Assembly (NCBI RefSeq): GCF_018350175.1 | Contig: NC_058368.1 | Span: 11,284,001 to 11,348,000, forward strand | Direction of reading: 5' to 3' | Source of the DNA: Felis catus | Taxonomy: Eukaryota | DNA length: 64,000 nt | Shown here: positions 39,143 through 52,647 of the stretch, piece by piece | Layout: every line of letters starts with the position of its first letter | Numbering within the stretch: position 1 is the stretch's first letter | Notes under the pieces: model-generated | What the model was told of the DNA's origin: nothing | Seen by the model: only the letters and a program-made list of their open reading frames with translations | Databases searched by the model: none | Translations under genes and position numbers: made by a program

Positions 39143-39250
39143 AAAGAAAGAAAGAGAGAGAGAAAGAAAGAAAGGGGAGAGGGAGGGAGGGAGGGAGGGA
39201 AGGAAAGAAGGAAGGAAGGAAGGCAGGCAGGCAAAAGAAAAGAAAGAAAA
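39143..39250. repeat. Compound polypurine tract (GAAA/GA/GGAG/GGAA)n
   Basis: About 100 nt almost entirely purines. Confidence 0.95.
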
Positions 39251-39872
39251 AGGACAGGTAAGGATAAACAGTTATCCTTAAGATGCCCTGCTGGAAAGTC
39301 AGTTAAGGCTTCCTAATGTAAACAAAGGTGTAATGATTTTGAAAAATTATTTCTGTAGACCTTTGTCACTACCCAGATTATTTCTGCAGAGATTTGGGTG
39401 TGACATAAATCAAATAACATGCCCCAAATTCACCAATTACACACAGTAAATGTATTACTGGTAGGGTGTCCCTCAACACCAATCTAATGATTAGATTGTT
39501 TCTAAATCTTATTTTGTTTCTAAATCTAGGGACTTGGAATAGTGTATTACTTTCAAGTTTTTATTATATGCTAAGTCCCAGGATAGATAGTAAAATGTTT
39601 CATACAAATGCCATAGTGTTTTTTTTTCTTCAACTTGTATGTCAAGTCCAGGGTAGATAGTAAAATTTTTCACGTGGATTCCATAGTTTTTAATTATGCA
39701 GTTTCCATTGCGAACTCCAGGCCACTTAGAGCATCAGCTTTTTAATGTTTTCCTCAAAGAGGTATATGTTAAGATGAATAGCAAGAATTGTGGTGGTAAC
39801 AATCAAACACTGTATATTAAGGTGGGCAGAACTAAGGGAGAGCTTCTCACTCATTTGAAAACTGGCACCTCT

Positions 39873-40084
39873 CGTGGTGCCTGGGTGGCTCAGTCAGTGA
39901 AGCGTCCGACTTTGGCTCAGGTCATGATTTCATAGTTTGTGGGTTTGAGCCCCACGTAGGGCTCATGCTGACAGCTCAGAGCCTGGAGCCTGTTTTGGAT
40001 TCTGTCTCCCTCTCTCTCTCTCTGCCCCTGCCCCGCTCACACTCTGTCTTTCTCTGTCTCTCAAAAATAAATAAACATTAAAAA
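39873..40084 (+). mobile_element. CAN-SINE, about 115 nt upstream of exon 3
   Basis: Perfect 16-bp TSD gaaaactggcacctct (39857-39872, 40085-40100). Confidence 0.96.
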
Positions 40085-40199
40085 GAAAACTGGCACCTCT
40101 GTCCCATCATGGGAGAAACAAATGTTTAAAATTGTAACAATAATGGCACTTTTTGAATACTATTTAAGAGCATCTAATAATTACTCTTTTTCTTTCTAG

Positions 40200-40253
40200 G
40201 AAAAGCCATTGACAAAATCTCTACAACGTGGAGAAGATACCCAGTTTGACCAA
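40200..40253 (+). CDS. FRY: FRY coding exon (exon 3 equivalent), 54 nt, phase 0 to 0
   Basis: Acceptor ctttttctttctag|GAA, donor CAA|gtatgt. Encodes EKPLTKSLQRGEDTQFDQ, continuing in frame from exon 2. Confidence 0.96.
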
Positions 40254-40886
40254 GTATGTAATAAGTTACATGTATATATGTTGTATTCTGGCTTTTATTA
40301 ATTTCCAAATGCACAAAAGGCAAGGGCTGGATGCTCACTGTTGATGTATTGATTAATTCCCTCAAAGAGGATACAGGGATATGATCTTAGGAGCTGTGTC
40401 CTTCAGCTTTTACAAGTAGACATTCAATAGATGTCTATTGATTGGAATTGGAAAAAATGGGAATATGCTGGAATAATATGAATAGGCCCCCAACTGCCTA
40501 TGGTTTTCTAAAGCTTTATATACCAGAATTGAAGAAACTAAGAAAATATAAAAAAAACTTCTATTCCAAAACTTAGTTAGATGCCTCTGAATAAATGATC
40601 ATCACTCTGTAGGGATCAGATCTCCGCATTAGGGCTTATCATGTTTTCATCCAGCATTTTCCTTTGAATACCTACTATTTGCTTGATACAGCCCTGCAAA
40701 ATACAGAGTCTAGGACAAGTTTTAGCTCTTTTGGAATTCACAATGACGTGAAAGAGAAATCACCTTAACAATAATTATAAGACAAGTATAGTGACTTAGA
40801 TTCCAATGGAAAAGGTGATACAGGAACAAAAACAATTTAAGACAGAATAAATACAAAGAGAGTCTTTTGAAAATAGATTGGATAGA

Positions 40887-41020
40887 GATTAAGGAGGGTA
40901 CTTGTTGGGATGAGCACTGGGTGTGATATGTAAATGATGAATCACTAAATTCTACCCCTGAAACCAATAATACACTATATGTTAACTAACTGGAATTTAA
41001 ATAAAAACTTGAAAAAAAAC
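40887..41020 (+). mobile_element. Carnivore L1 extreme 3' end (5'-truncated)
   Basis: attaaggagggtacttgttgggatgagcactgggtg...tatgttaactaactggaatttaaataaaaa. Confidence 0.9.
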
Positions 41021-42119
41021 ATAGGAGTAGTAAAAGGGCGTCCAACTCTAAAGAGCAGGTAATAAACATAGGAAATCAGGATCTGATGATCCTGATTCAG
41101 TAACTTTAGGAAGGCTTCAGGTATGTTTAAGAATGATGGATAACTGGGCATCAGAGGAAGTGAGAGATGTGTCTGTGGCATTTCCTAAACTTGTGCAGTT
41201 GATGACAGAGAGGACAGCACATTCTCCTTCAGAAACCTCACTTGAAGCCAGTGGCGGAGACCAAATACTGCTGGATGCATCACAGCCTCATCTAATATGG
41301 TGGGGGTTTTATTGTCTTAAGGAGAACTCAGAGAGAGTGCCCTTCCGACAGAGCTTTGTAATTGCCTTTAATGTGGAATCAGGAGGAAAATTCTCTGGTT
41401 GTTAAAGTTCAGACTTGTTTGATCCAAACCTGTAAGGATGCATTATAAAGTTTGAATTCTGTATTTTCTATTGTATAAGGCATTTGCGAAGGGAGACTTG
41501 AAAACCTCGTGCTTATAGTCAGTGTCTGAGGGCTGGTGTGGTTCTGGGTTTGCACTCTGTTGCTGGTAGAGCTGGCCGTTTTCTGGAATGCTGGTGAAAT
41601 GGAATATGGGCTTCATCTCTCTGTGTCTCAGAACTGTCTTCTCTTGTCGTATTGTCTTTAGTCATCACCTGGCAGGTGACAGGCTGGTTAGAGACCCTGG
41701 ATGAGCATTTGGGTCATTATTTTGGAAATGGGATAAGTTGTAGCTCTTTGCTTTTCCTTAAGAATGTAAATATGTGTCATCTGTCTTCCATAACTTTCCA
41801 CTCTATTTTCTCTGTCTCTATTCTATCATATTCCCATCCTAGATATTCATATTCTAGAATATCACTGTCCTTTCCTAAAAAAAAAAATTTCTGCAACTTA
41901 ATGTATATTTTTCTTTATTCTCTGGGAAAATAGTGCTTCTAAATGTTAACACTGCAGATAATGCTTATCCGAAATGATTTGGCTTAAACACAATTTCCCA
42001 TTTATTATCCAGCCCTCTATTTCTGAATTTCAGCATTGTAGAAGAGATAGCCTTTGGAATTAGATAGACCTGGGTTTAAATCCTGACTTTGCCACTTAAT
42101 TAGCGATAATACTTTTAAC

Positions 42120-42245
42120 CTTGTTGCTCAGAATGTTGAAATGCACGATCTCTGCTCTGCCCCAGATCTTACTGAATCAGATTCTGCAGCTTAACAGGAT
42201 CCCCAGGTGACCCATGCACACGTTAAAGCTTGAGCAGTACTGCTC
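42120..42245. mobile_element. MER5A-like hAT MITE
   Basis: ccccagatcttactgaatcagattctgcagcttaacaggatccccaggtga...aaagcttgagcagtactg. Confidence 0.8.
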
Positions 42246-42418
42246 TGTATCACATCTCTATGCAGGAAAGACCCTTCACAAGTGAATCAATAGTGAGATG
42301 GCCACTGAGAATTTTCAAATAAGACACGTAAGATTATCCTCTCGTCATTAAATCATAAATTTACAAATGAACCAAGAAAGAAGACAACCTACAAAGTCTA
42401 TTTCACTTTGAAGAGATA

Positions 42419-42600
42419 GGGGCACCTGGGTGGCTCAGTTGGTTAAGCGTCTGAGTCTTGGTTTCGACTCAGGTCACGATCTTGCGGTTTCATGAGTTCG
42501 AGCCCCTTGTTGGGGTTGGGATTCTCTGTCTCCCTCTCTCTCTGCCCCTCCTCCACTCACGCTGTCTCTGTATCTCTCAAAATAAATAAACTTGAAAAAA
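42419..42600 (+). mobile_element. CAN-SINE with internal deletion
   Basis: Head and tail present; the ctctgtgctgacag segment is missing. Confidence 0.93.
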
Positions 42601-43420
42601 AAGATAGCAAGACCCCCCCAGGCCATAAGGAATCTTGGCTGAAATTGGTCCACCTGTGCCCATTTACTGTTTCGCTACCAGATTGTAAGAATTGAGGTTC
42701 CATTGGCAATGCCATTGATGTATCAGGCTCTCTTAGTCTTTTGATATTAAACATTCAAATTAGCAATCCCCTTGTTCTAATACCAAGTGGTTGGATTTTA
42801 CTCTGGATTCACACAGTATATGAAAAGAACATACTGGTGATACCACCTTGCATGCTATTGACTCCATTGCTGTGATGGTGGGAGCAATAGTAAGAGTGGA
42901 AGTGACGTTCGTGTAGTACTTGCCATAGGATGGGCACTATGCTAAGTATATCCATTGAACGGTATGCAGCTGGTCCCTGTTTAGAGAATACTCGATCAGT
43001 TTCTTCCTTTTGAACGTCACTGGCATGAATGACAGATTGCAGAGAGCTGGGCTTGTGCACGTTCAGTGCCTGATCCTGGACGGCCCTGTTTACTCCTCCA
43101 CTTAACAAGCCCATGATCCATTTTTCTCTTGCTAGAAAGAGAAGCAAAAAAATCACGTGATACCGTATAATTTATGAAGCCCCTTCTCTCTCATTATCTC
43201 CACCGACATCAATCACTGCTTCCAACAACTCCGAGAAGAAGCCATCATCATCACCATCTCTATGTTACATTTCATGGAAATGAGTGTCAGAGACCTTGCC
43301 CAACACTATATGACTGAAGCCTGAAGGAGCCAAGTCTGGCATCCACATGTTTGGACTCTCAAGCCTGTGCTTTTTACTCTGTAACATGTTTATATGTCTA
43401 ACAACTAAGTGTGTGTGGGG

Positions 43421-43611
43421 GGGGTGCCTGGGTGGCTCAGTCAGTTGAGCTTCCGACTTCGGCTCGAGCCCCATGTCAGGCTCTGTGCTGACAGCTCAGA
43501 GCCTGCAGCCTGCTTTGGATTCTGTGTCTCCCTCTCTCTCTGCCCCTCCCCCACTCACACTCTGTCTCTCTGTCCCTCTCTCAAAAATAAACAAACATTA
43601 AAATAAATTTT
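43421..43611 (+). mobile_element. CAN-SINE with internal deletion
   Basis: cggctc|gagcccc junction lacks the aggtcatgatctc segment. Confidence 0.93.
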
Positions 43612-43669
43612 TAACTAAATTGGCACGAATTCAGAGGGGAGTTTTCAACAGGTAAGGGCTCTCAGATCC

Positions 43670-44066
43670 TGTATCAGTTAAGATTAGGTTTTACTGCAAA
43701 TGACACATAAAATAACAGTGGCTTGAACAAGATAGTTTCTTTCTCTCTCATGTTCAAGAAGTACAAAGAAAATCAGTCTAGTATCTTTATATTATTTTTG
43801 TTTTCCGGTGCATGGCTTACATTCCCAAGGTCATCTCATGGTCTAGTTTGGCTTCTGGAGCTCAGCCATTACATCTGCATTCAGGCAGTAAGAAGGAGAA
43901 ATAGGAAAAGAATTATAGGAAAATAAACAAATAAACCCCAAAACGCCCCAACATTGCACACACCACTTCTGTTCATATGCAGTTGATAAGATCTTTTTTT
44001 TAATTTTTTTTAACATTTATTTATTTTTGAGAGACAGAGACAGTGCATGAGCAGAGGAGGGGGGGG

Positions 44067-44113
<47 letters not shown>

Positions 44114-44345
44114 CACAGAATCTGAAGCAGGCTCCAGGCTCTGAGCTGTTTATTAGCACAGAGCCTGGCACGGGGCTCGAACTCACGAACCACGAGACTA
44201 TGACCTGAGCTGAAGTCGGACGCTCAACCGACTGAACCACCCAGGTGCCCCTTCAGTTGATAAGATCTTAGTCACATAGCCACACGTAGCTGGAGGAGAG
44301 ATTGGGCAATTTTATTTTGGGCAATTATTCGTCCATCTAAAAATC
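43670..44345. mobile_element. MaLR solo LTR (MLT1-like) interrupted by a SINE
   Basis: tgtatcagttaagattagg...aacagtggcttgaacaaga...gccattacatctgcattc...cttagtcacatagccac. Confidence 0.65.
43996..44251 (-). mobile_element. CAN-SINE, antisense
   Basis: TSD cagttgataagatctt. Confidence 0.96.
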
Positions 44346-45207
44346 AGTTATTTTATAAAAGCCTATTTTTTCCAAAATGTCCAATAAAGAATACTATTTA
44401 CAGTTCTGTATACCTCTTTTTTTTTCCTACTGTGGAATATCCCTAGAATTTGTCAATTTTACCGTTTAAATTTTAAAATGTGTATATTTAGAGTTAAAGC
44501 TTTGTTTCCTTAAGTTTTCTTCTGTATCTTTTATATATAATTAACTCTTGGCTTCATATGTCTTAATCTAATCTAATGATAATCTAACCCTGTTTAGGAT
44601 ACACCTGGAAAGATGTCTAAACAGGATTTTTTAAAGCTCTGTAGGAGCGGGAGAAGACTCATACTAGTCACTGCTTTACACATTGAACAGCTTGGAATTT
44701 GTATTATTCCCAGAATTTGACTTTGGATCAAGTTCATATCCATGAAATTTGTACATTCTTACACAGCACCTAGCAGGCAGCAACCCTGCACCAAGCAGTA
44801 TGCCAGCTGGTGGAAATAAACATGAAATGAACATGAAGAAAGCAGGGTACTGCCCTGGAGAGGCCCCTAATCTAATGGGCAAGACAGAGAGATATGATCA
44901 AACGGATTATAACCTCAGGCTAGAAAGTAAGCTCACCGTGGAAGGACCACGCATGGTGCGCCCCAGGTAGCAAGCTTTGCCCTGCACTAGGGAGCCAGCC
45001 AGGGATGGCTTCAGTCCCTGCTAGTGAGAAAGTCATACCAATAGTGAGAATTAATAAAGGGGGAAGAGATTTCCAATAGCATTTTGAAAACATATGCTGC
45101 CAGTAATTTATTTTAAGTGCCTAAATTAATTGTCACAGATTAGAAAGTAAAATGAGTAAAATATTGTCCTGGTGGCAATGTTCTTTATTATAGTAGACAT
45201 TTATTAA

Positions 45208-45262
<55 letters not shown>

Positions 45263-45270
45263 TGTCTGTA

Positions 45271-45487
45271 GGGGCTCCTGGGTGGCTCAGTCGGTTAAGC
45301 GTCCGACTTCGGCTCAGGTCATGATCTCACGGTCTGTGAGTTCGAGCTCTGTCGAGCCCGCGTCGGGCTCTGTGCTGACAGCTTTGAGCCTGGAGCCTGC
45401 TTCAGATTCTGTGTCTCCCTCTCTCTCTGCCCCTCCCCTGTTCATGCTCTGTCTCTCTCTGTCTCAAAAATACATAAACGTTAAATA
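45271..45487 (+). mobile_element. CAN-SINE flanked by two (TG)n arrays
   Basis: aaaag(tg)n at about 45206-45260 and 45488-45533. Confidence 0.95.
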
Positions 45488-45489
45488 AA

Positions 45490-45535
<46 letters not shown>

Positions 45536-46239
45536 ATGCACACAAAGCTCTGTGTGGGACAAAGAGATGTAAGGATGTGGTCCCTACATTCCAGGAGCTT
45601 CAGATCCAGAAGAGGTTAAGGCAGTGCACAGACCACTCTGACAGGGGTCCATGTGAGTAAGAAGTACCACATGGATGTTACAGACAGTAAACATCGTGAG
45701 ATTTCAGTGAACAGAAGACATCACTTTAGGGCCGAGTGGCTGAAAAATCTTTCTAGAAGTGGATATAATTTGTCAGGTGCCTAAAACAATAGAAGCAACA
45801 GGATTTTGCCGGGTGTTGATGGTGAGGAGGATTGGAAATGTGCAAAGGTCCTGAACAGAAAAAGGACATTGAGTTATCTTTGAGGACTGATGAATGGCTC
45901 TATCAGTTGAGGCGGAAGATGTGTATTGTTAAAAGGTGATATTCAAAAAGAGACAACGTCATAACTCTCGTAGAAATATAAAAGGAACGTATGTGAAAGA
46001 TTTTACTTAACTCATTTTTAATGAGGAAGTTACAGCCAGTTTAAAAGAGAACCCCCAAATGGACACATTTATAAGTCAGGAACATTGAAATGAATGTGCA
46101 GTCAGAGGCAAAAGTGGCTTCTTTCACCGTGGGAGAGTGAAGTCAATTAACTGAACCGTCACTGGGCAGTGTTTTTTTTCTTTCTGTAGAAAAGAATCTC
46201 TGGCATTGCTATCAGTTGTCTATCATATGCACAATTTTA

Positions 46240-46453
46240 TTTTATTTTTTTTAATTTTTTTTAATGTTTTATTTATTTTTGAGACAGAGAGAGACAGAGC
46301 ATGAACGGGGGAGGGGCAGAGAGAGAGGGAGACACAGAATCTGAAGCAGGCTCCAGGCTCTGAGCCATCAGCCCAGAGCCCAACGCGGGGCTTGAACTCA
46401 CGGACCGCGAGATCATGACCTGAGCCGAAGTTGGACGCTTAACCGACTGAGCC
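46240..46453 (-). mobile_element. 5'-truncated CAN-SINE, antisense
   Basis: Perfect 17-bp TSD tcatatgcacaatttta; lacks the ggggcgcctgggt head. Confidence 0.96.
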
Positions 46454-46919
46454 TCATATGCACAATTTTAAAATAGCTCAAAGGCGTTAAAAGGTGCAGA
46501 GTGCCTGCAGACTTAAATTAGACAACCCCCAGAGAGGTGAGCTCTGAACAATGCATCGTTTTCTACTGAGACACAAAATTTTCCGGCTGGCCTCCAGTGT
46601 TAGGGATCAGACTGTGGAGGACTTTTAATGGCAGTGGGTGGGACTTTCTCTCATACATACTGGGTGTCAAATGGATCAAAGTGGCAACTTGATGTTAACC
46701 CCCAGGTAGCAGGTTCATGAATGGAGAGATCCTTGAAGTTGGGAGGCATTTGGGGAGTTTGAGTATTATGATAAAGATTTGACCCCACATAGGCCCAAAC
46801 TGAGATGGAGACAATGGAACTGGAAAGAATGTATGTAAAATTATATAAGAAGAATCAATATTGGTTGAGAGAAATAAAAAGTAACTGTAGTTTTCAACCA
46901 TGATTTGGAACCACTTCTG

Positions 46920-47110
46920 TTCAATTCAACAAATACTGAGTGCCCAAGCGTACTAGGATCTGTGCAAGGTTCTGGGGTTACAAAATCAGTAAGATAGGGT
47001 TCCTGCCCTCTAGGAATTCTCAATCCCAGGAAGAAGACCGATATCCAAACAAATGATAGTGCAAAGCGAATGCTATAGCAGAGGTATATTTCAAGTGCTA
47101 TGGGAACTCA
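46920..47110 (-). mobile_element. L2 3' remnant
   Basis: ttcaacaaatactgagtgcc...ggttcctgccctctagga...gtgctatgggaactca. Confidence 0.65.
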
Positions 47111-49064
47111 GGTTAGGGGGGCAGTTAACGATGCTTGGAAGGTGGACAGGTGTGTCACAGGAAGCCACCAAGGCACAGGGGCATTTTAAAGATCTCTGTC
47201 ATCCAGATGAAATGGGTTGCATCATGCCAGGCAGGAACTGCATGGACCAAGAAGTTGAGATTTGAAGAGTGGCCTGAGAGAAAAGGTGGCCGGGAAAGTG
47301 CAAAAGCCTCAGAAGATTCAGCTTTCTAAGGCAGAGCTGGCCCATGATGGCAGCAGAACAGAGACCCTCACGGAACGGTGAGACGTTAGCAGCCACGAGC
47401 CCCCTGGACACCAGCGATGAGAAAGCCTTTTGCTGCAGTGTTATTCGCTGACATACAGAACGCATTTTCATAGCTGGTAGATTAATATTCAATAGTTTGA
47501 AAAACTTACGTTTGAGCTAAGTCACGCTAGCTGATTATGACTGGCAACACTGAAATTAAAAGGCGGTGTACCAGGGCATCATCATGGCGCTGGTGATGAG
47601 TTCCCTGTCTGTGGTCTGTTGGAGAGGGTCCTCTGAATGAAAGGTGAGCTCCCTATTTGAACCTCAAGTGAAATCTTTCTTCTGCTATCCAAGTTTATAG
47701 ATATCCTTTTTAAATATAAAGTCCAAGGCATTTTATTTTGGGTTCTCAGATGACCCAGTAGCTTGCCTATGATGAGTGTGGACCTGGGTTAAAGGCCACC
47801 AGGTGCAGCGGAGATATCGAGTTAACCCATTTTAAAAAGTGAAAAACGGTACTCCAAAGTAACCCTCACCTGAAGAAGTATGGGACCCTCACCTGGTGGA
47901 GGATGTACCAATGACAGTCGGTAGCTACATGACACACAGAGATGAAAATTGTGGCTCTTGAAAAAAGTAATAACGGAATCTTCATCATCTCATATACCTT
48001 CCAGCTACATGTGCTTTCTTGTCAATTTTCTCTGCCCTTGGTTTTTAGACTTTTGCTTCTATCTCATTATGACCAAAACGTGCAGTAAGTTAAATGATAC
48101 AAGCAATTGTATACCGTATGATGTTTTCTATTTGAAGAATTACTCCGATTTTGTTTCTTAAAACAGTCATGATCAGTAAGTGAAAGTTATTTCCTCTCGA
48201 TGTGGTAAAGGACGATTACTCCCCAAAGGAGCTTGTGCCAGTACAACTAGAATTAGAATCCAAATCCTTATTTTCGCAGGTGAACGGTCTTAATGTGCTT
48301 CAGCACTGCATAAGTAATCATATGGGAGATAAGAGAGTATATAAGGTACATAAGACTGGCCGCATCACCGAATCCTGAGAAAGAAAGCGGTTCAAGGAGA
48401 ACCCGAGAAAGAGTGTCATTTGCTCACGAGACTTGGAGGGGGATGACTACAAAAGGCCATTGGTTGGCCAGTAGGCTTGCCCTTTCTGATCTTTTCTGTA
48501 AATTGTCGGGAGTGTGGCAAGCACAGAAACCAGATGTCTGAGATGAAGAAGTGAGGCAGGAAGAGGAAGCATCACCAATACTTGGCTGATTTGGAATTTG
48601 GCCAGAAGAACAGGTTATCTGGTGAGAGAGGGGAGAACAGAATCAAATGAGACCTGTGTGTGTTTTACAGAACCGTCTTGTGCTGAATGACCTACAAGAG
48701 CTTAACACCGTATCTTTTGCCAATGGTTGTGTCCATTTTTCATTCGCATTTGGGCTCAATGTTTTCTGATGATTGAGGTTCCTGAAAGTCTGATATGTAC
48801 ATCAACTGGGCTCCCAGTAATTGGTTTTATTCAACCTATTCATTCTGGTTCCATAATAGTTGCCGTGTCAGTGTCCTTTCCCAGAGTGAGCTGTTGCCTG
48901 CAGCAAACTCGGGGAGCCTGGTGTTACCTACCTTTCTTTTATGGGGCTAATGTAGGACCAGCATTGCTTGGAGACCTCTACAAGTGAACATTTGGAATGT
49001 ACCGCATTGGCAGCTCCTAGAGCCAGAAAAGTGTGAGAACACACACCAAGCTGCAAGTGTTCTT

Positions 49065-49307
49065 ATTTTTTTTTTAAGTTTTTTTTTTGTTTTTTGGTTT
49101 TTTTGGTTTGTTTTTTTTTTTTTTTTGAGAGAAACAGAGACAGGGGCAGTAGGGTAGAGATGGAGAGGGGGAGAAAGCGAGAATCCCAAGCAGGCTCCAC
49201 ACCGTCAGCACAGAGCCCAATGACGGGCTGGACACGAACCGTGAGATCATGACCTGAGCTGAGACCAAGAGTCAGACGTTTAACCAACTGAGCCACCCAG
49301 GTGTCCC
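49065..49307 (-). mobile_element. CAN-SINE, antisense, long T tract
   Basis: Degenerate TSD aagct(g/a)caag(t/g)gttct. Confidence 0.95.
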
Positions 49308-49372
49308 TAAAAGCTACAAGGGTTCTAAATGGAGGCCTTAGTAGTTTGTGCTTGGATCAGATACAGGTGGGT

Positions 49373-49406
<34 letters not shown>

Positions 49407-49559
49407 TATGCCTGAAAGCACCATTTATCAGCTGTCATAAATAAAATTTTGTCAATAATTTCTATCATTCATTCTGTTATTAACTTAGTCTAAGATCCTT
49501 TCAAAGTCAAAAATTTTTATGTCTGGGCTTCAGTTTCAATATTTAGAAATAGAAGAGGA

Positions 49560-49770
49560 AAATAGATGTTTTCGAAGGTCTATTATGTGCCCCACACTTT
49601 ATAGTATCTCATTTTTTACTCTTCCTAAAACCCCAGTGAGGTTAAGTATTCTTCAGTCCCATTTCACAGTGGGAAACATGGAGCCTCAGAGAAATGGACA
49701 CGTCCAAGCTCGTGCAGCCAATGAAGGGCAGAACTGTAACTTGAACTTAGGACCATCTGATCTTCTCAAT
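49560..49770 (-). mobile_element. MIR
   Basis: cccatttcacagtgggaaacatggagcctcagaga core. Confidence 0.7.
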
Positions 49771-51514
49771 ACACTGATGAGATTATGAAAATGTAGCTTG
49801 TGAAGGATCAGTCATCTGTGCTGAGAACATTATTTAATGCAGCTATTTGCAATTCAGTGTGACCAGTGCTGTCTCTATAAATTTCATATAATTTGCTCAG
49901 ACATTCCAAGTAACTTCTATGGGGTTTTCTTCTAGACATTATATGTTTACATACTTTTGTAGTGCCTTAGTTTCTTAATACATTAAAAATACCATCTACA
50001 AACAAGAAACATGGTAAAGCAAGCCCATACATCTATAATAGAGTGAAAATAGCTTTTTACTATCTTGGGCAGCAATAATTTTTCTGGAAAGGAAGCAGGT
50101 GAAAGTCTAGTGCTTCAACACTGATTCTAATGCTACAGTTCCACCAAAATCTATTTAAAACGTAGAAGTGAAAAACGTCAGCAATTGAGAGTAAAAACAA
50201 ATTAACTGACGTTGGATTCACATTAGTGTTTTTCAGTGGTTCTTAAATTATTCTCCCGTGGAACGTGGTGTTCCACAAAATAGACCAGGATATCAAAGTC
50301 ATATAATAAAGATCTTTTCCTAATTTGCATGAAAAATATAATACACAGATTTGTATAATTTTAAGTTTTTGTAATATTCTTAAGCCTCTGGTATATGTCA
50401 TCACTGATTGCTATAATCTAGCACTGGTACGATATATGATCCAGTAAAAAAATTGCATTTGGATTACTTCCACAGATCAACATTTTGTGGTAGTTCATAG
50501 ACAGTAACCTGACCCCCCGGGGCTTGGCCACCTGAACTAGTTTGAAAAATTAAACTATCAGTGAAGTTACTTTAAAATTATTCACTAAACACACCCCTTG
50601 GGGCAAGTCAACCTTGTTACTGGAAGATACGGAATGACTCCACCGAGTAATCATTCAAATATTTATGTAAAGTTTCCTTCTTTGCATTCAGCAACTATAA
50701 TAAAATGCTTATGAAAAATTAATGCCTTCCCTACAGCATAATGGACGTCTCTTTTAGCCTATTTATACATAAAATGCCAAAATAAACATTAAGAAAACAT
50801 TTGCAAAGTACATTTAGTATTCCCCTCTATCCCCTCCCCCCAAAGCAAAACACCAGTATGAAATAGTTCTGTGATTCTGTGCAATTCATCTCCTCAAGCT
50901 CCACAGTACCTAGCTCATCTATGATGGAAGAATATGATCATTTAAATGCAACAAGAACATCTTTGTAAATGGGCCTGCCCCCTTTCAACAGCAACACAGA
51001 GCTAGAATTCATCTCGCCATTGGCTCTGCTTCCCGTAAATGAAGGAGTTGAGTAACCAAGAAGCCAGCTAGACCTTCCTCCCTTCCTGAGCTTTGAGGGC
51101 CAGGTCTTTGCAAATTCCACCCTTCCTTCCTGACAAGCCTGGACTTTAACAGTAACAGGGCAGTAACAGAGAGATGGAAAAAACACATACATCCACCCAG
51201 TGCTGACCTTTCTTCTCTTCTACGATGGTCTCGATGTATTTGCCGTGGAAAGTATGTCCAGTAGATATAATACCAAGAATGGCTTCACGATGACTTTTTA
51301 ATGGGTAAAAAAAAAATTATGGCTGAGGTTTAAAGAATACTGTTGACATTCTCTATGGAGAATGTGGGTTACATCTAAGTGAGTGAAGCTGCTAAACATT
51401 GTGAGCTCTACCCAGAGACAATTAGGGGACAAATGTAGGTTTATATCTCCTTTCTGGGTCTGTAGTAAATGAGAGAAGCATGTAAATCTCCCACATAGGT
51501 GTTTTCTAAATAAA

Positions 51515-51790
51515 CTTTTTTTTATTTTTGAATAGTTTTTAATCTACAGAAAGCTTGCAAAGATAGTACAGACAGTTGTCCTGTTCCCACACCCAGTTTC
51601 TTTTATTAACATCTTACGTTACCATGTACATTTGTCACAATAAGAAACCAACATCAGTGCATCATTATTAACTAAATTCTGGATTTGTATTTTATTTGTT
51701 TTTCGTTATTGTTATTTGTTTTATCTCTTTTCTGTTCCAGGATACTGTCTAGGATACCACATCATATTTAGTCATCATGTCTCCTTAAGT
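51515..51790 (-). mobile_element. Old L1 (L1MC-like) 3' end
   Basis: acagaaagcttgcaaagatagtacaga...ctgttccaggat...catcatatttagtcatcatgtctcctta. Confidence 0.8.
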
Positions 51791-52605
51791 CCTGTCCAGA
51801 CTTACACAAGTATTTTTAAATTACTGAAATATGTTAGTAGATGGTTGGGGATTTTATTACACATGTGATAATTAAGGCAGAATTAACCTATGGTGAAGGA
51901 CTCCAAATTCTGGGTTTTTTCCCCTTCTGGGAGGAACCCCTTTCAGTTCCCAATTCAAAATATCTTAGATGGTAGTGATTGGAGAAGTATCCTTTTTTGT
52001 GCTTGGGTAGCTTAGAGAGAACTAGTAAATTAACCCCTTGACATGCCATAATTTGCTTTGTTCCCCAAATTTACCACTGTTACATCCATAGGAGCAACGG
52101 GAAGATACGTCGTGGCTGTGGATATTACAGTGTGGGGGGGAGCGAGGATAGGGTCTCTTTTTAAAAAAATAGTTCGATATTTTTCAATTAAAAACTGATG
52201 GTGACTCGGTTCACAGGGCGGGCAGAATGCAATAGCCTATTGATACTTAACTTCTATTAAACCATAGCTAGCGACAGTGTACAATTTTGTGTATGTACAT
52301 ATAACCATAATTACAAGACAGCAAGAAATAAGGCTCTCAAGAAACAGAATCTGAGGAAGGACACATAATTGTCCTGTTCAATCTTGGAGCTTCTTTTAAA
52401 GGTGACAGTGGAAAGTCCCATTGACAGGAAGCTCTTCAACTCCCATTGCTCTAGTTTCCTTTATAAAAAGAAGTTAAGCCTCGCCTGCTTAACTCAGAAA
52501 CATTTTAAGTTAACTAAGGTTTTCCATTTCTCCTGCCACTTCCCGGCTCAAGCTGTGATAACTGTGTGCCTGGAACTGTTGCAGTAACCTCATTCAATTC
52601 GAGAG

Positions 52606-52647
52606 TGCGTGTGTGCCTGCGTGTGTGTGTGTGTGCGTGTGTGTGTC
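52606..52647. repeat. Imperfect (GT)n microsatellite
   Basis: gtgcgtgtgtgcctgc(gt)n. Confidence 0.9.
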
